Shown here: one piece after another, positions 37,153-46,886 of the stretch
Position numbering within the stretch: the first letter of the stretch is position 1
Layout of the letters: the number at the start of each line of letters is the position of its first letter
Assembly (NCBI GenBank): GCA_964550175.1
Contig: CAZJXP010000001.1
Coordinates: 706,774-770,773 of the forward strand
Length of the DNA stretch: 64,000 nt
Direction of reading: 5' to 3'
Source of the DNA: an uncultured Methanosarcinales archaeon
Lineage (GTDB): Archaea > Nanobdellota > Nanobdellia > Woesearchaeales > ARS49
Notes under the pieces: generated by a model
What the model was told of the DNA's origin: nothing
Seen by the model: only the letters and a program-made list of their open reading frames with translations
The model's database searches: none
Translations under genes and position numbers: made by a program

Positions 37153-38280
37153 GTGCGCTTAGCAAATCCATTTAAGGAACCACTTGTTTCTTCAGGTATG
37201 ATTGTCATTGACGGAGCGCAAGGGGAAGGCGGCGGGCAGATGCTTCGGACTGCGCTAGCACTATCTGCGGTTTCTCAAGAGCCGTTTCGAATGACCAATA
37301 TACGTTCTGGTCGAGATGTTCCAGGACTGAAGCCGCAGCATCTTGCCGCGGTTAAGACGGTGCAGAAGCTATGCAACGCGGTCGTGGAAGGAGATGCGAT
37401 TGGGTCGACTGAACTTACGTTCTTTCCGAAACCCATCAAAGGCGGCGCGATTGAGATTGATGTCGGAACGGCCGGAAGCGTCACTTTAGTTCTGCACGCT
37501 GCGGTGTTACCTTCATTGTTCGCGAAACAAAGCACGCGATTGCTGATTACTGGCGGGACGGATGTCGAGCATGCGCTGTCCATTGATTATTTTTCTGAAG
37601 TGTTTTTGCCGCAAATGAGGGGGTGGTGCGAGAAAATCGAAGTTAAACTGATTAAACGAGGGTATTATCCTGCCGGCGGCGGACAGGTTGAACTGTTTGT
37701 CAAGCCGAAGATCAAACGAAGCGAGTTTGAGACATTTGACTCGTTTGTTACGGCGTTGCGGGCGGTTGTTCCTCGAATGAATCTTTCTGAGCAAGGACAT
37801 CTGATGTTGATAAAAGGTGTTTCGCACGCGTCGCACGAGCTCGAGCGCGACAAAGTGGCTGAACGCCAGGCAAACGCGGCTTTAGCGATGCTGATGAAAC
37901 GCGGCGATGTCAAGATTATTTCTGAATACGTGAAAACAAGTTGTTCTGGCTCGGGGTTGACACTCTGGGCAATTTATTCTATTTTGCAGGATGACATTGA
38001 GTTTTCACGGCCGATACGACTTGGTTCTTGTGTCTTGAGTAAAGACCCGGAAGAAACGGGGAAGAACGCGGCACTGCGACTGATTGACGCGATGGATTCG
38101 TTATCTCCGGTTGACGAGCATCTGGGCGATATGCTGGTGCCGTTTGTCGCGCTTGCTACGGGGAGCTATGCAGTCGCGAACGTGACGGAGCATACGAGAA
38201 CGAATGTTTCTGTCGTGAACAGATTCTGTCCTGACGTTGTTATTGACGGAAACAAAATCAAGAAATTGCTGCAAGTTTGA
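37153..38280 (+). CDS. rtcA: RNA 3'-terminal phosphate cyclase
   Basis: 'IDGAQGEGGGQMLRTALALS' signature. The true start may be the ATG at 37198. Confidence 0.9.
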   Translation: MRLANPFKEPLVSSGMIVIDGAQGEGGGQMLRTALALSAVSQEPFRMTNIRSGRDVPGLKPQHLAAVKTVQKLCNAVVEGDAIGSTELTFFPKPIKGGAIEIDVGTAGSVTLVLHAAVLPSLFAKQSTRLLITGGTDVEHALSIDYFSEVFLPQMRGWCEKIEVKLIKRGYYPAGGGQVELFVKPKIKRSEFETFDSFVTALRAVVPRMNLSEQGHLMLIKGVSHASHELERDKVAERQANAALAMLMKRGDVKIISEYVKTSCSGSGLTLWAIYSILQDDIEFSRPIRLGSCVLSKDPEETGKNAALRLIDAMDSLSPVDEHLGDMLVPFVALATGSYAVANVTEHTRTNVSVVNRFCPDVVIDGNKIKKLLQV

Positions 38281-40444
38281 GCGACGTCTTCAAATCAAGA
38301 ATCTCGTAGCCCAAGGTGCGCTTGCTGTCGCCGTCACGCAACGACGCGTGGATGTGCTGCAGCTTTTGAAGTATGATTTTGGTCGTTGACAAATCATGGC
38401 TCGCCAACGCGTCATGCGCCTGGTTGAGCAGGTGCGGGATCTCTGCCGGTCGGGCAGCGGCGATGCCGGCTTCTTCATGACCTGAAATTTTTTCCGGCGG
38501 CTCGTACACGTGGTCTTCTATTTCTTCCACATGCGCCGGAGCTTGTGTTCTTGGCTGCGGCGGGGTGAATCGGTGCGGAACCGGGACTTTCTCGGATTTT
38601 TTAGCGGGGTGGTATTGTCGCAGTTCCTTCAATCGGTCTTCCTTGTGATGGATTGAGCTGGTTACGGAAATGACTTTGCGCGAATCCTTCTCCAACGTCC
38701 ATTCAAGTTCGTTTCGTAAGGCTTCAAGGCGCTTGATGTCGACTTTCGTTTCCTTAACCTTGGCGGCCTTTGCCTTCAACGCGTCGGCTTGTTTCCTCAA
38801 TTCTTCCGCTTTGGCCAACGCTTTCGTGATGAGCTGCTCTTTCTTCGCGAGCGAGGATTCGTATTGCTTCAATGCTGATTCTCTCTGCTTGAACTGCTCT
38901 TCGACCTTGCCGTGCGCATGAGCGACTCGTTCGAGCTCTCGGACGCGTTCAATGACGCTCTGCTCTTCCTTTGCAAGCTGCTTCTTGTCTTTTTCGAACT
39001 CTTTCGCGGCTTTCACGAGTTCGTCTTCCATTTCGCTCAAGGCGTTGATGTCGCCTTGAACGAGTTTGTTCAGCCCGGATTTCTCGTGCTTGACCTGGTC
39101 TTGGATTGCGGAAACGGTATCGCGTTCCGATTTCCATTGTGACATTGATTCTTGGAATTCTGCTTTGCGGCCATCGATTTCGCTTTGCAGCTCTTCCTTG
39201 AGCTGCGTGAGCTCCTCTTTCGCGTTTTCGATTGACGCACGGGCATTGGAGAGATTCAATTCGTCTTCCGCAAACTCCTTCTCTCGCGCAGCCATTTCTT
39301 TCTGATGCTTCTCGAGCTGGCGATCCAACGCGGTCAAACCATCTTCTTTCTGCGCGAGCGCCTTTTCTTTCTGGTCGAGAATATCTCGTCGCTTTTCAAT
39401 TTCGGATTGGAACTTGTTCATCTGCTGCGAGCGCTTCTGCAATTCCTTGTTCGCGCTTTCGGCGGCGGACTGGTGGTTCGCAAGATCTTTCTGGGCAAGC
39501 TTGATCTGCTGCTTTAAATCATCGAGACGGGATTGGGCTGCCTGCTCCTGCTGAGCGGTTTTTTGTCGGAAGACCTTGTTGAATTCCTTCTCTTTTTCAG
39601 CGTAGAGCGATTCTAGCTGCCTGATCTGGGCGCAGAGCTCGCTGTACTTCTTTCCGGCTTCCTGTTCTCGCTTTTCCTTCTTCTGCTGGAAGACCTTATT
39701 GTATTCCTTATCTTTTTCGTCGTAGAGCTTCTCTACCTGTCGGATTTGGGCGCAGAGTTCGCCGTATTCCTTTGCCGCGTTGTCGCGTTTGGACTGGGTC
39801 GCTTGCGCCGCGCGCTCCAATGATGCCTGCTTCGAGCTTAAGCTTGATTCTTGCGCGGAGATTTCCTTGGCGCGTTTTTGCAATTGGGCGTTGAGCGAAA
39901 GCAGCCCGGCGTCTTTGTCGTTCAGGACCTTTTCTTTGATATCGAGGAGCTGTTCTCGCTTTTCAAGATGATTCTGCAATCCTCGTAATTCGTGGTATTT
40001 TTTTGCGATCGCGCGCTCGCTGCTGCTCAATTCAGTTCTATTTTCGACCAAATCATCGCTGAGCGCCTTCAGTTCCGACTTCACCAATTTTACCTGTGCT
40101 TCCGCGTTTCTCTTTGCGTTTTCGAGCCCCTCGATTTCCTTCAGCACTTCGTGCTTCCGGTTTTCGGCGCGGTTGACCTTCGCCATCGTTTCCCTGATGA
40201 GGGACTCCTTGTCAGAGAATGCGCGCGCTTTTTGAACGAGAGTTGCTTCGAGATCGGCTAATGCGTGCTCTTTCTTCTTTATTTCTTGCGACTTCTTGTC
40301 AAAGACCTTTTCGAGGTCGTGCAATTGGGAGGATTTCTTTCTGAGAATGCGTTCGTAGTCCGCGGTTGACGGGGCGGGAGGAGGCGGGAGCTCGCTCTTA
40401 AACATCGAAAACAGGGTCCGCGCCCCTTTCGCGGTCGTTGCCAT
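38258..40444 (-). CDS. long coiled-coil protein with internal repeats
   Basis: 728 aa, heptad-rich, Q/E/K-rich. No enzymatic motif. Confidence 0.55.
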   Translation of the reverse strand: MATTAKGARTLFSMFKSELPPPPAPSTADYERILRKKSSQLHDLEKVFDKKSQEIKKKEHALADLEATLVQKARAFSDKESLIRETMAKVNRAENRKHEVLKEIEGLENAKRNAEAQVKLVKSELKALSDDLVENRTELSSSERAIAKKYHELRGLQNHLEKREQLLDIKEKVLNDKDAGLLSLNAQLQKRAKEISAQESSLSSKQASLERAAQATQSKRDNAAKEYGELCAQIRQVEKLYDEKDKEYNKVFQQKKEKREQEAGKKYSELCAQIRQLESLYAEKEKEFNKVFRQKTAQQEQAAQSRLDDLKQQIKLAQKDLANHQSAAESANKELQKRSQQMNKFQSEIEKRRDILDQKEKALAQKEDGLTALDRQLEKHQKEMAAREKEFAEDELNLSNARASIENAKEELTQLKEELQSEIDGRKAEFQESMSQWKSERDTVSAIQDQVKHEKSGLNKLVQGDINALSEMEDELVKAAKEFEKDKKQLAKEEQSVIERVRELERVAHAHGKVEEQFKQRESALKQYESSLAKKEQLITKALAKAEELRKQADALKAKAAKVKETKVDIKRLEALRNELEWTLEKDSRKVISVTSSIHHKEDRLKELRQYHPAKKSEKVPVPHRFTPPQPRTQAPAHVEEIEDHVYEPPEKISGHEEAGIAAARPAEIPHLLNQAHDALASHDLSTTKIILQKLQHIHASLRDGDSKRTLGYEILDLKTSLKLAAIS
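39570..39790. repeat. intragenic tandem duplication, about 120 bp ×2
   Basis: '...gaagaccttgttgaattccttctctttttcagcgtagagcg...gggcgcagagctcgc' repeated with about 85% identity. Encodes 'EYGELCAQIRQ(V/L)E(K/S)LY'. Confidence 0.6.
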
Positions 40445-40572
40445 GCATGCATTATCCTTGGTTTGCTTTAAATAAGTGTGTTATGATTACGGAGTGGTTG
40501 TATGGGGGTTTAACGCGGTTGAAAGAACCCTTCAGGCAAAGCTTTTTAAACCCCTGAGAAGCCCCAATCTTC

Positions 40573-40734
40573 ATGAAGCAATGCTCATCCTGTAAGACGC
40601 CGTTGGCGAATGTTCGTGGCGCGGTCACGTTCAAGTGCCCGGGCTGCGGCAAGCACGAACTGTGCCGATGCGCACACTGCCGCGAAATTGCGGCTGCCTT
40701 CAAGTGCGTCTGCGGATTCTCCGGACCGAACTGA
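40573..40734 (+). CDS. small Zn-ribbon protein
   Basis: 53 aa, four CxxC pairs. Conserved archaeal neighbour of aEF-1β. Confidence 0.6.
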   Translation: MKQCSSCKTPLANVRGAVTFKCPGCGKHELCRCAHCREIAAAFKCVCGFSGPN

Positions 40735-40735
40735 T

Positions 40736-41014
40736 ATGGGCAAAGCGTACGTCGTTCTCACTTATCGCGTTATGCCGACCTCTCCGGACGTCGACATGGC
40801 TCACTTGCAAAAGGATTTGCATGATGTTATTTCTAAAGAGTCCAAAGGCGAACCGAAGTTCGAAGTCAAGCCTTTTGCGTTCGGATTGAAAGCCATTGAA
40901 GTAACGTTCATGATTGACGAAGTCAAGGGCTGCGACGCCATCGAAGACACGATGCGTAAAGTGCCTCACGTTGAAAACTTGGAAGTTATTAGGTTGGATA
41001 GGGCGTTGGGATAA
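40736..41014 (+). CDS. translation elongation factor aEF-1 beta
   Basis: 'MGKAYVVLTYRVMPTSPDVDMAHL...FAFGLKAIEV...VENLEVIRLDRA'. Confidence 0.8.
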   Translation: MGKAYVVLTYRVMPTSPDVDMAHLQKDLHDVISKESKGEPKFEVKPFAFGLKAIEVTFMIDEVKGCDAIEDTMRKVPHVENLEVIRLDRALG

Positions 41015-42112
41015 TTATTTTAGAAGTTTCTTGATTAATTGTAATGGCGCATTTGTCCTTATTGCCGTGTCTCGGAAGTGCGTCGTCGCGGCGTGATAGC
41101 CTTTCTTGTCAAGCGCTTTGATGATTGATTCTGTTTTCGGGACTGAGACGTTTAACATACTCGCCAGCTTGTGCAAATCATAGAATCCTACTGTGTTGAT
41201 GTGCGATTCGTCGTGAATCAATTTGACGAGCTTCAGGTCGCTCATTTTGCGCATCTTCGCGACGATGGCATGGTTCCATAACGATCCGAGCCACAACGGG
41301 CCGGCGACGTGCATCATCGTTCCGCAGGAACAACGTTCGACGTTGATGCCTGACGAGGAGTGTTCGCCGCAGTTGTTGCAATAGCGCACAAACCCGTGAA
41401 GGCTGCTGATCGTCTTGATGACTGATTTTGATTTCTCCGAGTGGAGATAGATGCGCGTGTAATGGTCGGAGGCGTGGCCGAAGACCGGAATCAACGCCTT
41501 GTCGTACTGCATGCCAATGAGTTGGACTTTTCTGATGAGAATGCGCATTCCGATCTCGTGCATCAGTTCGTTGCGCAAAGGTTCGGCCCAGTATTTTCGC
41601 CGGCAGGCGTCCGGAAAACTTCCGGCAAGCGCGCCGGTGTCTGTGGCTGTAACTGCGAGAATGCCGTCGCGGCTCATCCGCTTGCATGCGGCATCGAGAA
41701 ATTGATTGGGACTGCCGAACGGGTCGATTTCGATGTAGTCGAACCCGATCCCGTCAAGCAGGAATTTAGATGCTTCTTTTTGCGAAATCGAAACGTTTTT
41801 TGCGGAAATCTTGTTGAGCTTCAGTTGCTTCTTGAACAAGGTTTGAAATTTAGGATTGCCGTCGTTCACAAAAATCTCTTTGACCATCCCTTTCGGAAGT
41901 TCTTTCAAGAATCTTAATGAACGAATTCCTGTTCCGGCCAACGGGTCGGCGATTATTAGTCCCTTTTTGCCGATGGCCTTCAACAGAAGAACGGAAATGT
42001 CGCGATTCAAACTCATCACCGGATTGTAGAACACTTCAAGTTCTTTCGAGACCACTTTCGCGACGGGAGCGAAGAATGCTATTTTGCCTTCGGAGAGTTT
42101 CGTTAACGTCAT
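41015..42112 (-). CDS. trm1: tRNA (guanine26-N2)-dimethyltransferase
   Basis: 'FYNPVMSLNRDISV', 'DPFGSP', C-terminal Cys cluster. Confidence 0.9.
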   Translation of the reverse strand: MTLTKLSEGKIAFFAPVAKVVSKELEVFYNPVMSLNRDISVLLLKAIGKKGLIIADPLAGTGIRSLRFLKELPKGMVKEIFVNDGNPKFQTLFKKQLKLNKISAKNVSISQKEASKFLLDGIGFDYIEIDPFGSPNQFLDAACKRMSRDGILAVTATDTGALAGSFPDACRRKYWAEPLRNELMHEIGMRILIRKVQLIGMQYDKALIPVFGHASDHYTRIYLHSEKSKSVIKTISSLHGFVRYCNNCGEHSSSGINVERCSCGTMMHVAGPLWLGSLWNHAIVAKMRKMSDLKLVKLIHDESHINTVGFYDLHKLASMLNVSVPKTESIIKALDKKGYHAATTHFRDTAIRTNAPLQLIKKLLK

Positions 42113-42196
42113 AGTCGCAACCTGGCGCGAGCGACCGGGGGTCGTCCCTTACGGGGTGGTCGCGAGCCTGCCACGGTTGCGCACGTCATTAAAATT

Positions 42197-42508
42197 CTAT
42201 TTATGCTTCTTCTTGTCCGGCGACGCGCCCTTGCTGAACCCTTCCTCGGCGTCGTCAATCTCGTCGTCGTCGATGAGCTCTTCGCGGCCTTCGTCCGTGT
42301 AGACGTCCGGCTCGGCTTCCTTCTTCTCGACCTTGTCCTCGTATTCTTCCTTCGTGAGATCGTAATCCTCGTCGTCGTGTGAGGTCTGCGGCACCATCGG
42401 CTCGTCGTCCTTCGCCTGGCTTTTTGACTTGACTTTAGGTTTTGGAGTGTATTTCTTCGGAGAACGGCTTGCTTTACGTACTACCTTCTTGACGCTCTTT
42501 TTTGACAT
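42197..42508 (-). CDS. highly charged disordered protein (basic N-terminus, acidic C-terminus)
   Basis: K/S/P-rich N-terminus; D/E-rich C-terminus. Confidence 0.4.
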   Translation of the reverse strand: MSKKSVKKVVRKASRSPKKYTPKPKVKSKSQAKDDEPMVPQTSHDDEDYDLTKEEYEDKVEKKEAEPDVYTDEGREELIDDDEIDDAEEGFSKGASPDKKKHK

Positions 42509-42530
42509 ACACGCACGCGTGTCTTTCGGC

Positions 42531-44426
42531 TTATAAAGTTTTTGCCGGGGCTTCTGCGGGTTTGGGAGTGAAGAACTGCTTAATTATAGGGAGCGGATTG
42601 AGCGCGATTCTCGGATTCCAGTCAGTAGGGAAGCATTTGCTATACATCGGCTGAGCGTAGCGCTCGTCCAAGAAGACCAACACTCCTCTATCGGTCTCGG
42701 AACGGATGCATCTGCCGGCGTTCTGCAACGTCTTCGTGATTGCGGGAAGGACATAGCCATAATCCCAGCCCTTGTGAAACTTCTTATCATAATAATTGAT
42801 GAGCTCCTTCGTCTCGAGATCGGGTCTATCAAGAGGAATGCCGACCACGATTACGCATTTCAACACGCCCGGCAGGTCGACCCCTTCCCCGAACGAGCCG
42901 GCGGCGACGCCTAACAAAACCGCGCCAATCTGCTTGTACTGCGAAAATCGCTCCAGCAAGCCTTGACGGTCCTCTTTGCTCGCTTTGGAATCTTCGGTGA
43001 ACACGGTTTTTTTGCACGCCGTGTTGAAATAGTTCGCGACGCTGTCGCGCAGCGCGTAGCTCGGAAAGAAAATAGCGGAACAGCCGGGAATCTCGTTCAC
43101 GATGTCGGCGCATTGCTTTGCGATGTTTTGGTACTGTTGTTCCGAACGCGACGCGAACTTCGTCGTGCCATTAGGAAGTATCAAACAGCACTTGTTGATG
43201 GACGGAAACGGACTCGGAAACTCTTTTTGGACGGTTGTTTTCGGAAACCCGAGCAAGTCCGCGAACATTGCAGTAGGGGTTAACGTTCCCGACATCAAGA
43301 TAGTTGTGTGCGCCTTCGCGATGACGTCGCGCGACAACAATGACGGGTCCATGCAGCGGTGCGAAAGAATGATCGATTTCTCGTTGCGGAAATCCTTGAC
43401 TGAAACGGTGCGGCTGAAGCCGGCATCTCCGGACGTCCAGCCCTTCATAAAAGCAGCCACTCCGCCGATGGCGCTCGCTTCCTCAAGTGCGCGGATGTCC
43501 TCGGCAGCTGAGTCAAGATCTTCCATGAGCTCGTCAATATCCTTGATTTTCTTGATTTCGTTGACGAACGTCTCTTTCGTCACGAGTTTTTCCTGGTCGC
43601 GATACAATCCGGTCGCGAGCTTCTGCAACACGGCTTGCATCTCAACAAGATAATCGTGCTCCTTGTCGTGGCCGTGCTTTTTCGCCTCGTTTATCGCGCG
43701 CCGGAGCATCGTCGTCGTGAGACGCTGCGTCATTTCGTCCCGCAAACGGTCGGGAAGGTTGTGCCCCTCATCGATAATGAGGATTGCCTTTTCCAGCTGC
43801 TTGTTTATTTTCGCCATGAATCCGTCGCGGATCCGGGCGTTGAACAAATAATTGTAGTCCGTGATGATGACCTTCGAGTCTTTCGCTAAGAGCAACGAAA
43901 GTTCGTACGGACACATCTCCTGCGTCATGCCAAAGTCGAGCACGCGCTCACTCGTGCACGGGCTTTCGCGCTTCAGCTGCACGGTCGCGAGGTCGGCCTC
44001 CATCGTCGCGAACCCCTTGTCATTCCGAGTGTTGAGATAGTTCGAGCATTTGCCTTCTTCCTTCATCGACTTGCAATAATGCGCAAAGTCGTCCGAGCGC
44101 ATCAACGCCGCGCCGGGCTGGGCGCACAGATGGCGCTTGCCAACGACGGAAACGGTTCCGAGATTCACGTCGAATTTATTTTTGATTGCGGTCAATGTTT
44201 GTAATGCAATCAAGTGCTGCGTTTGTCGTGAGGTGAGGAAAAATACTGTGAGATCTTTTTCTTTTACGGCAGTTAACGCCGGGGCGATTGTCGCCGCTGT
44301 TTTTCCCAGCCCCGTCGGAGCGTGCACAATCAGCGGCGTTTTCGTCTCGATTGCCTTTTTCACGCACTCGATGAGCTCGTTTTGGACCTTGCGCATCGTT
44401 TCGTGCGGAAAAAGCAGCGGAAGCAT
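42531..44426 (-). CDS. xpd: XPD/Rad3-family 5'-3' DNA helicase
   Basis: 'APTGLGKT', four-Cys FeS domain, 'DEGHNL', helicase C motifs. Confidence 0.9.
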   Translation of the reverse strand: MLPLLFPHETMRKVQNELIECVKKAIETKTPLIVHAPTGLGKTAATIAPALTAVKEKDLTVFFLTSRQTQHLIALQTLTAIKNKFDVNLGTVSVVGKRHLCAQPGAALMRSDDFAHYCKSMKEEGKCSNYLNTRNDKGFATMEADLATVQLKRESPCTSERVLDFGMTQEMCPYELSLLLAKDSKVIITDYNYLFNARIRDGFMAKINKQLEKAILIIDEGHNLPDRLRDEMTQRLTTTMLRRAINEAKKHGHDKEHDYLVEMQAVLQKLATGLYRDQEKLVTKETFVNEIKKIKDIDELMEDLDSAAEDIRALEEASAIGGVAAFMKGWTSGDAGFSRTVSVKDFRNEKSIILSHRCMDPSLLSRDVIAKAHTTILMSGTLTPTAMFADLLGFPKTTVQKEFPSPFPSINKCCLILPNGTTKFASRSEQQYQNIAKQCADIVNEIPGCSAIFFPSYALRDSVANYFNTACKKTVFTEDSKASKEDRQGLLERFSQYKQIGAVLLGVAAGSFGEGVDLPGVLKCVIVVGIPLDRPDLETKELINYYDKKFHKGWDYGYVLPAITKTLQNAGRCIRSETDRGVLVFLDERYAQPMYSKCFPTDWNPRIALNPLPIIKQFFTPKPAEAPAKTL

Positions 44427-44630
44427 GCGTTTTCAGTTCGGCCGAGCTATAAATTGGTTTGTGTTTTGCATTTTTTTGACGAACAAACGAATTCTTTTCA
44501 CTACTTTTCACGAAACATTTATATAGAATTTCGATGCGGGTGAAATTAGTGGTTTGATTTCGCGCCGGGAGCGTTTTCCGACGGAAAAATCGCGATGCGT
44601 CATTAGCGAAACATTTAAATATCGCTTAGG

Positions 44631-44954
44631 ATGTATCTATTCCACTATCTAACTAACATGGCAAGTACTTGGGGGGCATTATCAGCGAGCAACAAGGAGA
44701 TCTTCAAGGTCTTCTTCCGCGAAAAGCCCGCAATGATGCTTGTCGAACTTCGCAACGCGAAGACTGAAGTGTACGCGAGTTCATTAGCAAAGCAGATTGA
44801 TTGCACGTATTCTCACGTTGTCAAGATTCTTCAGCAAATGGAGAAAGAAGGCTTGATCAATTTCGACAAGCAAGGTCGATTGAAGCTTCTGACGTTGACC
44901 AAGAAAGGCACGGAAGTCGCGGAACGCATCGACCACATTAGAACGACGTTGTAA
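44631..44954 (+). CDS. winged-helix transcriptional regulator
   Basis: 'SSLAKQIDCTYSHVVKILQQMEKEGLI'. The start may be the ATG at 44658. Confidence 0.55.
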   Translation: MYLFHYLTNMASTWGALSASNKEIFKVFFREKPAMMLVELRNAKTEVYASSLAKQIDCTYSHVVKILQQMEKEGLINFDKQGRLKLLTLTKKGTEVAERIDHIRTTL

Positions 44955-44993
44955 TTCGTAAGCTTTTTAGACTCTTTCGCAGTATTTTCTCAC

Positions 44994-45395
44994 ATGATTG
45001 TCGCGGCTTCAGGCGGATTCGACCCATTGCACATCGGCCACGTTGAATATCTCGAGAAAGCGAAGAAGCTTGGAACTAAATTAGTCGTCATTCTCAATAG
45101 CGATGACTTCTTGGTGCGCAAGAAAGGACAGGCATTCATGCCGTTTGCCGAGCGAAAACGGATTCTCGAGGCGTTGCGCTGCGTTGACGAGGTCATCCCG
45201 TGCATCGATGAGGACCAGAGCGTGTGCAAAACACTAGAACTGTTGAAACCGGACATTTTTGCGAAAGGGGGCGACCGGACGTCCGGAAACATTCCCGAAA
45301 AAGAGGTCTGCGATCGTCTCGGAATCAATATTGTCGATGGACTTGGCGAGAAGATACAGAGTAGTTCTTCGTTGATTGAAAAGATAAAGAAATAA
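44994..45395 (+). CDS. cytidylyltransferase-family nucleotidyltransferase (HIGH motif)
   Basis: 'GGFDPLHIGHV'. Confidence 0.7.
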   Translation: MIVAASGGFDPLHIGHVEYLEKAKKLGTKLVVILNSDDFLVRKKGQAFMPFAERKRILEALRCVDEVIPCIDEDQSVCKTLELLKPDIFAKGGDRTSGNIPEKEVCDRLGINIVDGLGEKIQSSSSLIEKIKK

Positions 45396-45415
45396 AATAA
45401 GAAAAAAAGCAATGA

Positions 45416-45871
45416 TTATTGCGTGTACAGCTTGAGCTGCGTCGGATCGTACTTGAAGCTGATCGGCATCGTGCCGACGCGCTGATAGTACTTGATCAAT
45501 CGCTTGATCTTCGCATCCGTGAGCTGCATGCCTCGCAACGCGGGCATGTCCTGCTTGTTCGCGTCCAAGTGCTTTCTGACGGCGAACGCGCGCTTCATCA
45601 GCGCGAGCAAGTCGTCCGGCATCTTGGGCTTGTGGCCCTTTTCGACGAGCATTTCCGTGATGCGCTTGCCGGTGACGGTCTTCACATCAGGGATGCCGTA
45701 GCTGTCTCTTAATTCTAAGCCGATCTGGGAGGCGCTCTTGCCTTCCTTGTTCAGCTTCATGATGAGAAGTTCGACTTCCTTCTCCTTCATTCTGACCCAG
45801 CTGGGCTTTGTCTTGATCAACGGTTTCTTCGAACCGGAATTTCCTCGCTTTCTGCTGTGCATCTTTGCCAT
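45416..45871 (-). CDS. rps15: ribosomal protein S15 (uS15, archaeal type)
   Basis: Archaeal S15/S13e-type; 'AFAVRKHL...LRGMQLTDAKIKRLIKYY'. Confidence 0.9.
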   Translation of the reverse strand: MAKMHSRKRGNSGSKKPLIKTKPSWVRMKEKEVELLIMKLNKEGKSASQIGLELRDSYGIPDVKTVTGKRITEMLVEKGHKPKMPDDLLALMKRAFAVRKHLDANKQDMPALRGMQLTDAKIKRLIKYYQRVGTMPISFKYDPTQLKLYTQ

Positions 45872-46058
45872 TCATGACACCTTTGTCTGTTGATGACGAG
45901 ATTCGGAGAACTTGTCTCTCCCGTCCGCCCGAGTCTTTCAACCCTTGCGTCGCTCGATATCAGAGATTGCCGAGGGAGGCTTTAAAAAGGTTTCTGTCGA
46001 AATAGACACTGGACATTTTCGCGCAGAGCATATAAATGACTTTTAGATTGATTGTGCA

Positions 46059-46820
46059 ATGGAAATAAACGCACAAACTGCGGAATTATGCGGCATCATT
46101 CTTGGTGATGGTCACATGCATAAAACGAAAAATCGAATAACGATCTCTGGCAGCAAGGATGACATCCATTATTTCCGCAACCGAGTTATTCCCTTGTTTC
46201 TCCAATGTTTCCCAGACATACATCCCGTATTAGTTCGACTTAAAACAGCCGAGGCATATAATCTTCAAGTTGAGAATAAGTTAGCATTTCAGTTTTTTAT
46301 TCAATCATATAATTTGCAACGGGGACCCAAAGAGGCTATGCACATTCCTTTAGTCATCCTTGCGAATGATTCACTTATTCCTCATTTTCTCCGAGGACTT
46401 TTTGATACTGATGGTTCATTTAAATTTTGCAAACAGGCACGCGGTTATGCATATTACCCTCGAATACGCATTGCTTTAGCCGAGTCTCCTCTCACTGATG
46501 CGTTACAGTTCCTTTTTACGCGCGCGGGATTTAAGGCGATAAAATCAGTGAAACTGAATCATGGGTTTGCAACGATGAAGAATCTTGTAACCTACGAAAT
46601 TTCCGGTTGCGCGGCTTTTGAACGGTGGATGACTCATATTTGTCCCGCTAATCCTGTGCAAAAAGCAAAGTATGACTATTGGACGAAATATGGACGTCAT
46701 GAGCCAGGAATGATTTATGAAGAAAGAATTTACAAAATAGCCTCGGGCGGATTCGAACCGCCGTCAACGCGTCCAGAGCGCGCTATACTTGACCAACTAT
46801 ACGACGAGGCTTTAAAGTAA
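46059..46820 (+). CDS. free-standing LAGLIDADG homing endonuclease (double motif)
   Basis: 'LCGIILGDGHM' and 'LRGLFDTDGSF'. Own TATA 'catataaatg' about 22 nt upstream. The last ~28 codons are antisense to tRNA-Gln. Confidence 0.7.
   Translation: MEINAQTAELCGIILGDGHMHKTKNRITISGSKDDIHYFRNRVIPLFLQCFPDIHPVLVRLKTAEAYNLQVENKLAFQFFIQSYNLQRGPKEAMHIPLVILANDSLIPHFLRGLFDTDGSFKFCKQARGYAYYPRIRIALAESPLTDALQFLFTRAGFKAIKSVKLNHGFATMKNLVTYEISGCAAFERWMTHICPANPVQKAKYDYWTKYGRHEPGMIYEERIYKIASGGFEPPSTRPERAILDQLYDEALK
46738..46811 (-). tRNA. tRNA-Gln (anticodon CTG)
   Basis: Acceptor AGCCTCG/CGAGGCT (A1:U72); D stem GTAT/GTAT; anticodon stem GCGCG/CGCGT with loop CTCTGGA; T arm GGCGG-TTCGAAT-CCGCC. TATA 'agctttttaaacc' upstream. 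Confidence 0.8.
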
Positions 46821-46886
46821 AATAAACGTGTAATTGTGGGTTTAAAAAGCTTTATGTGGCTCTTGAGTTGGGCGTTCAAGAATTAT

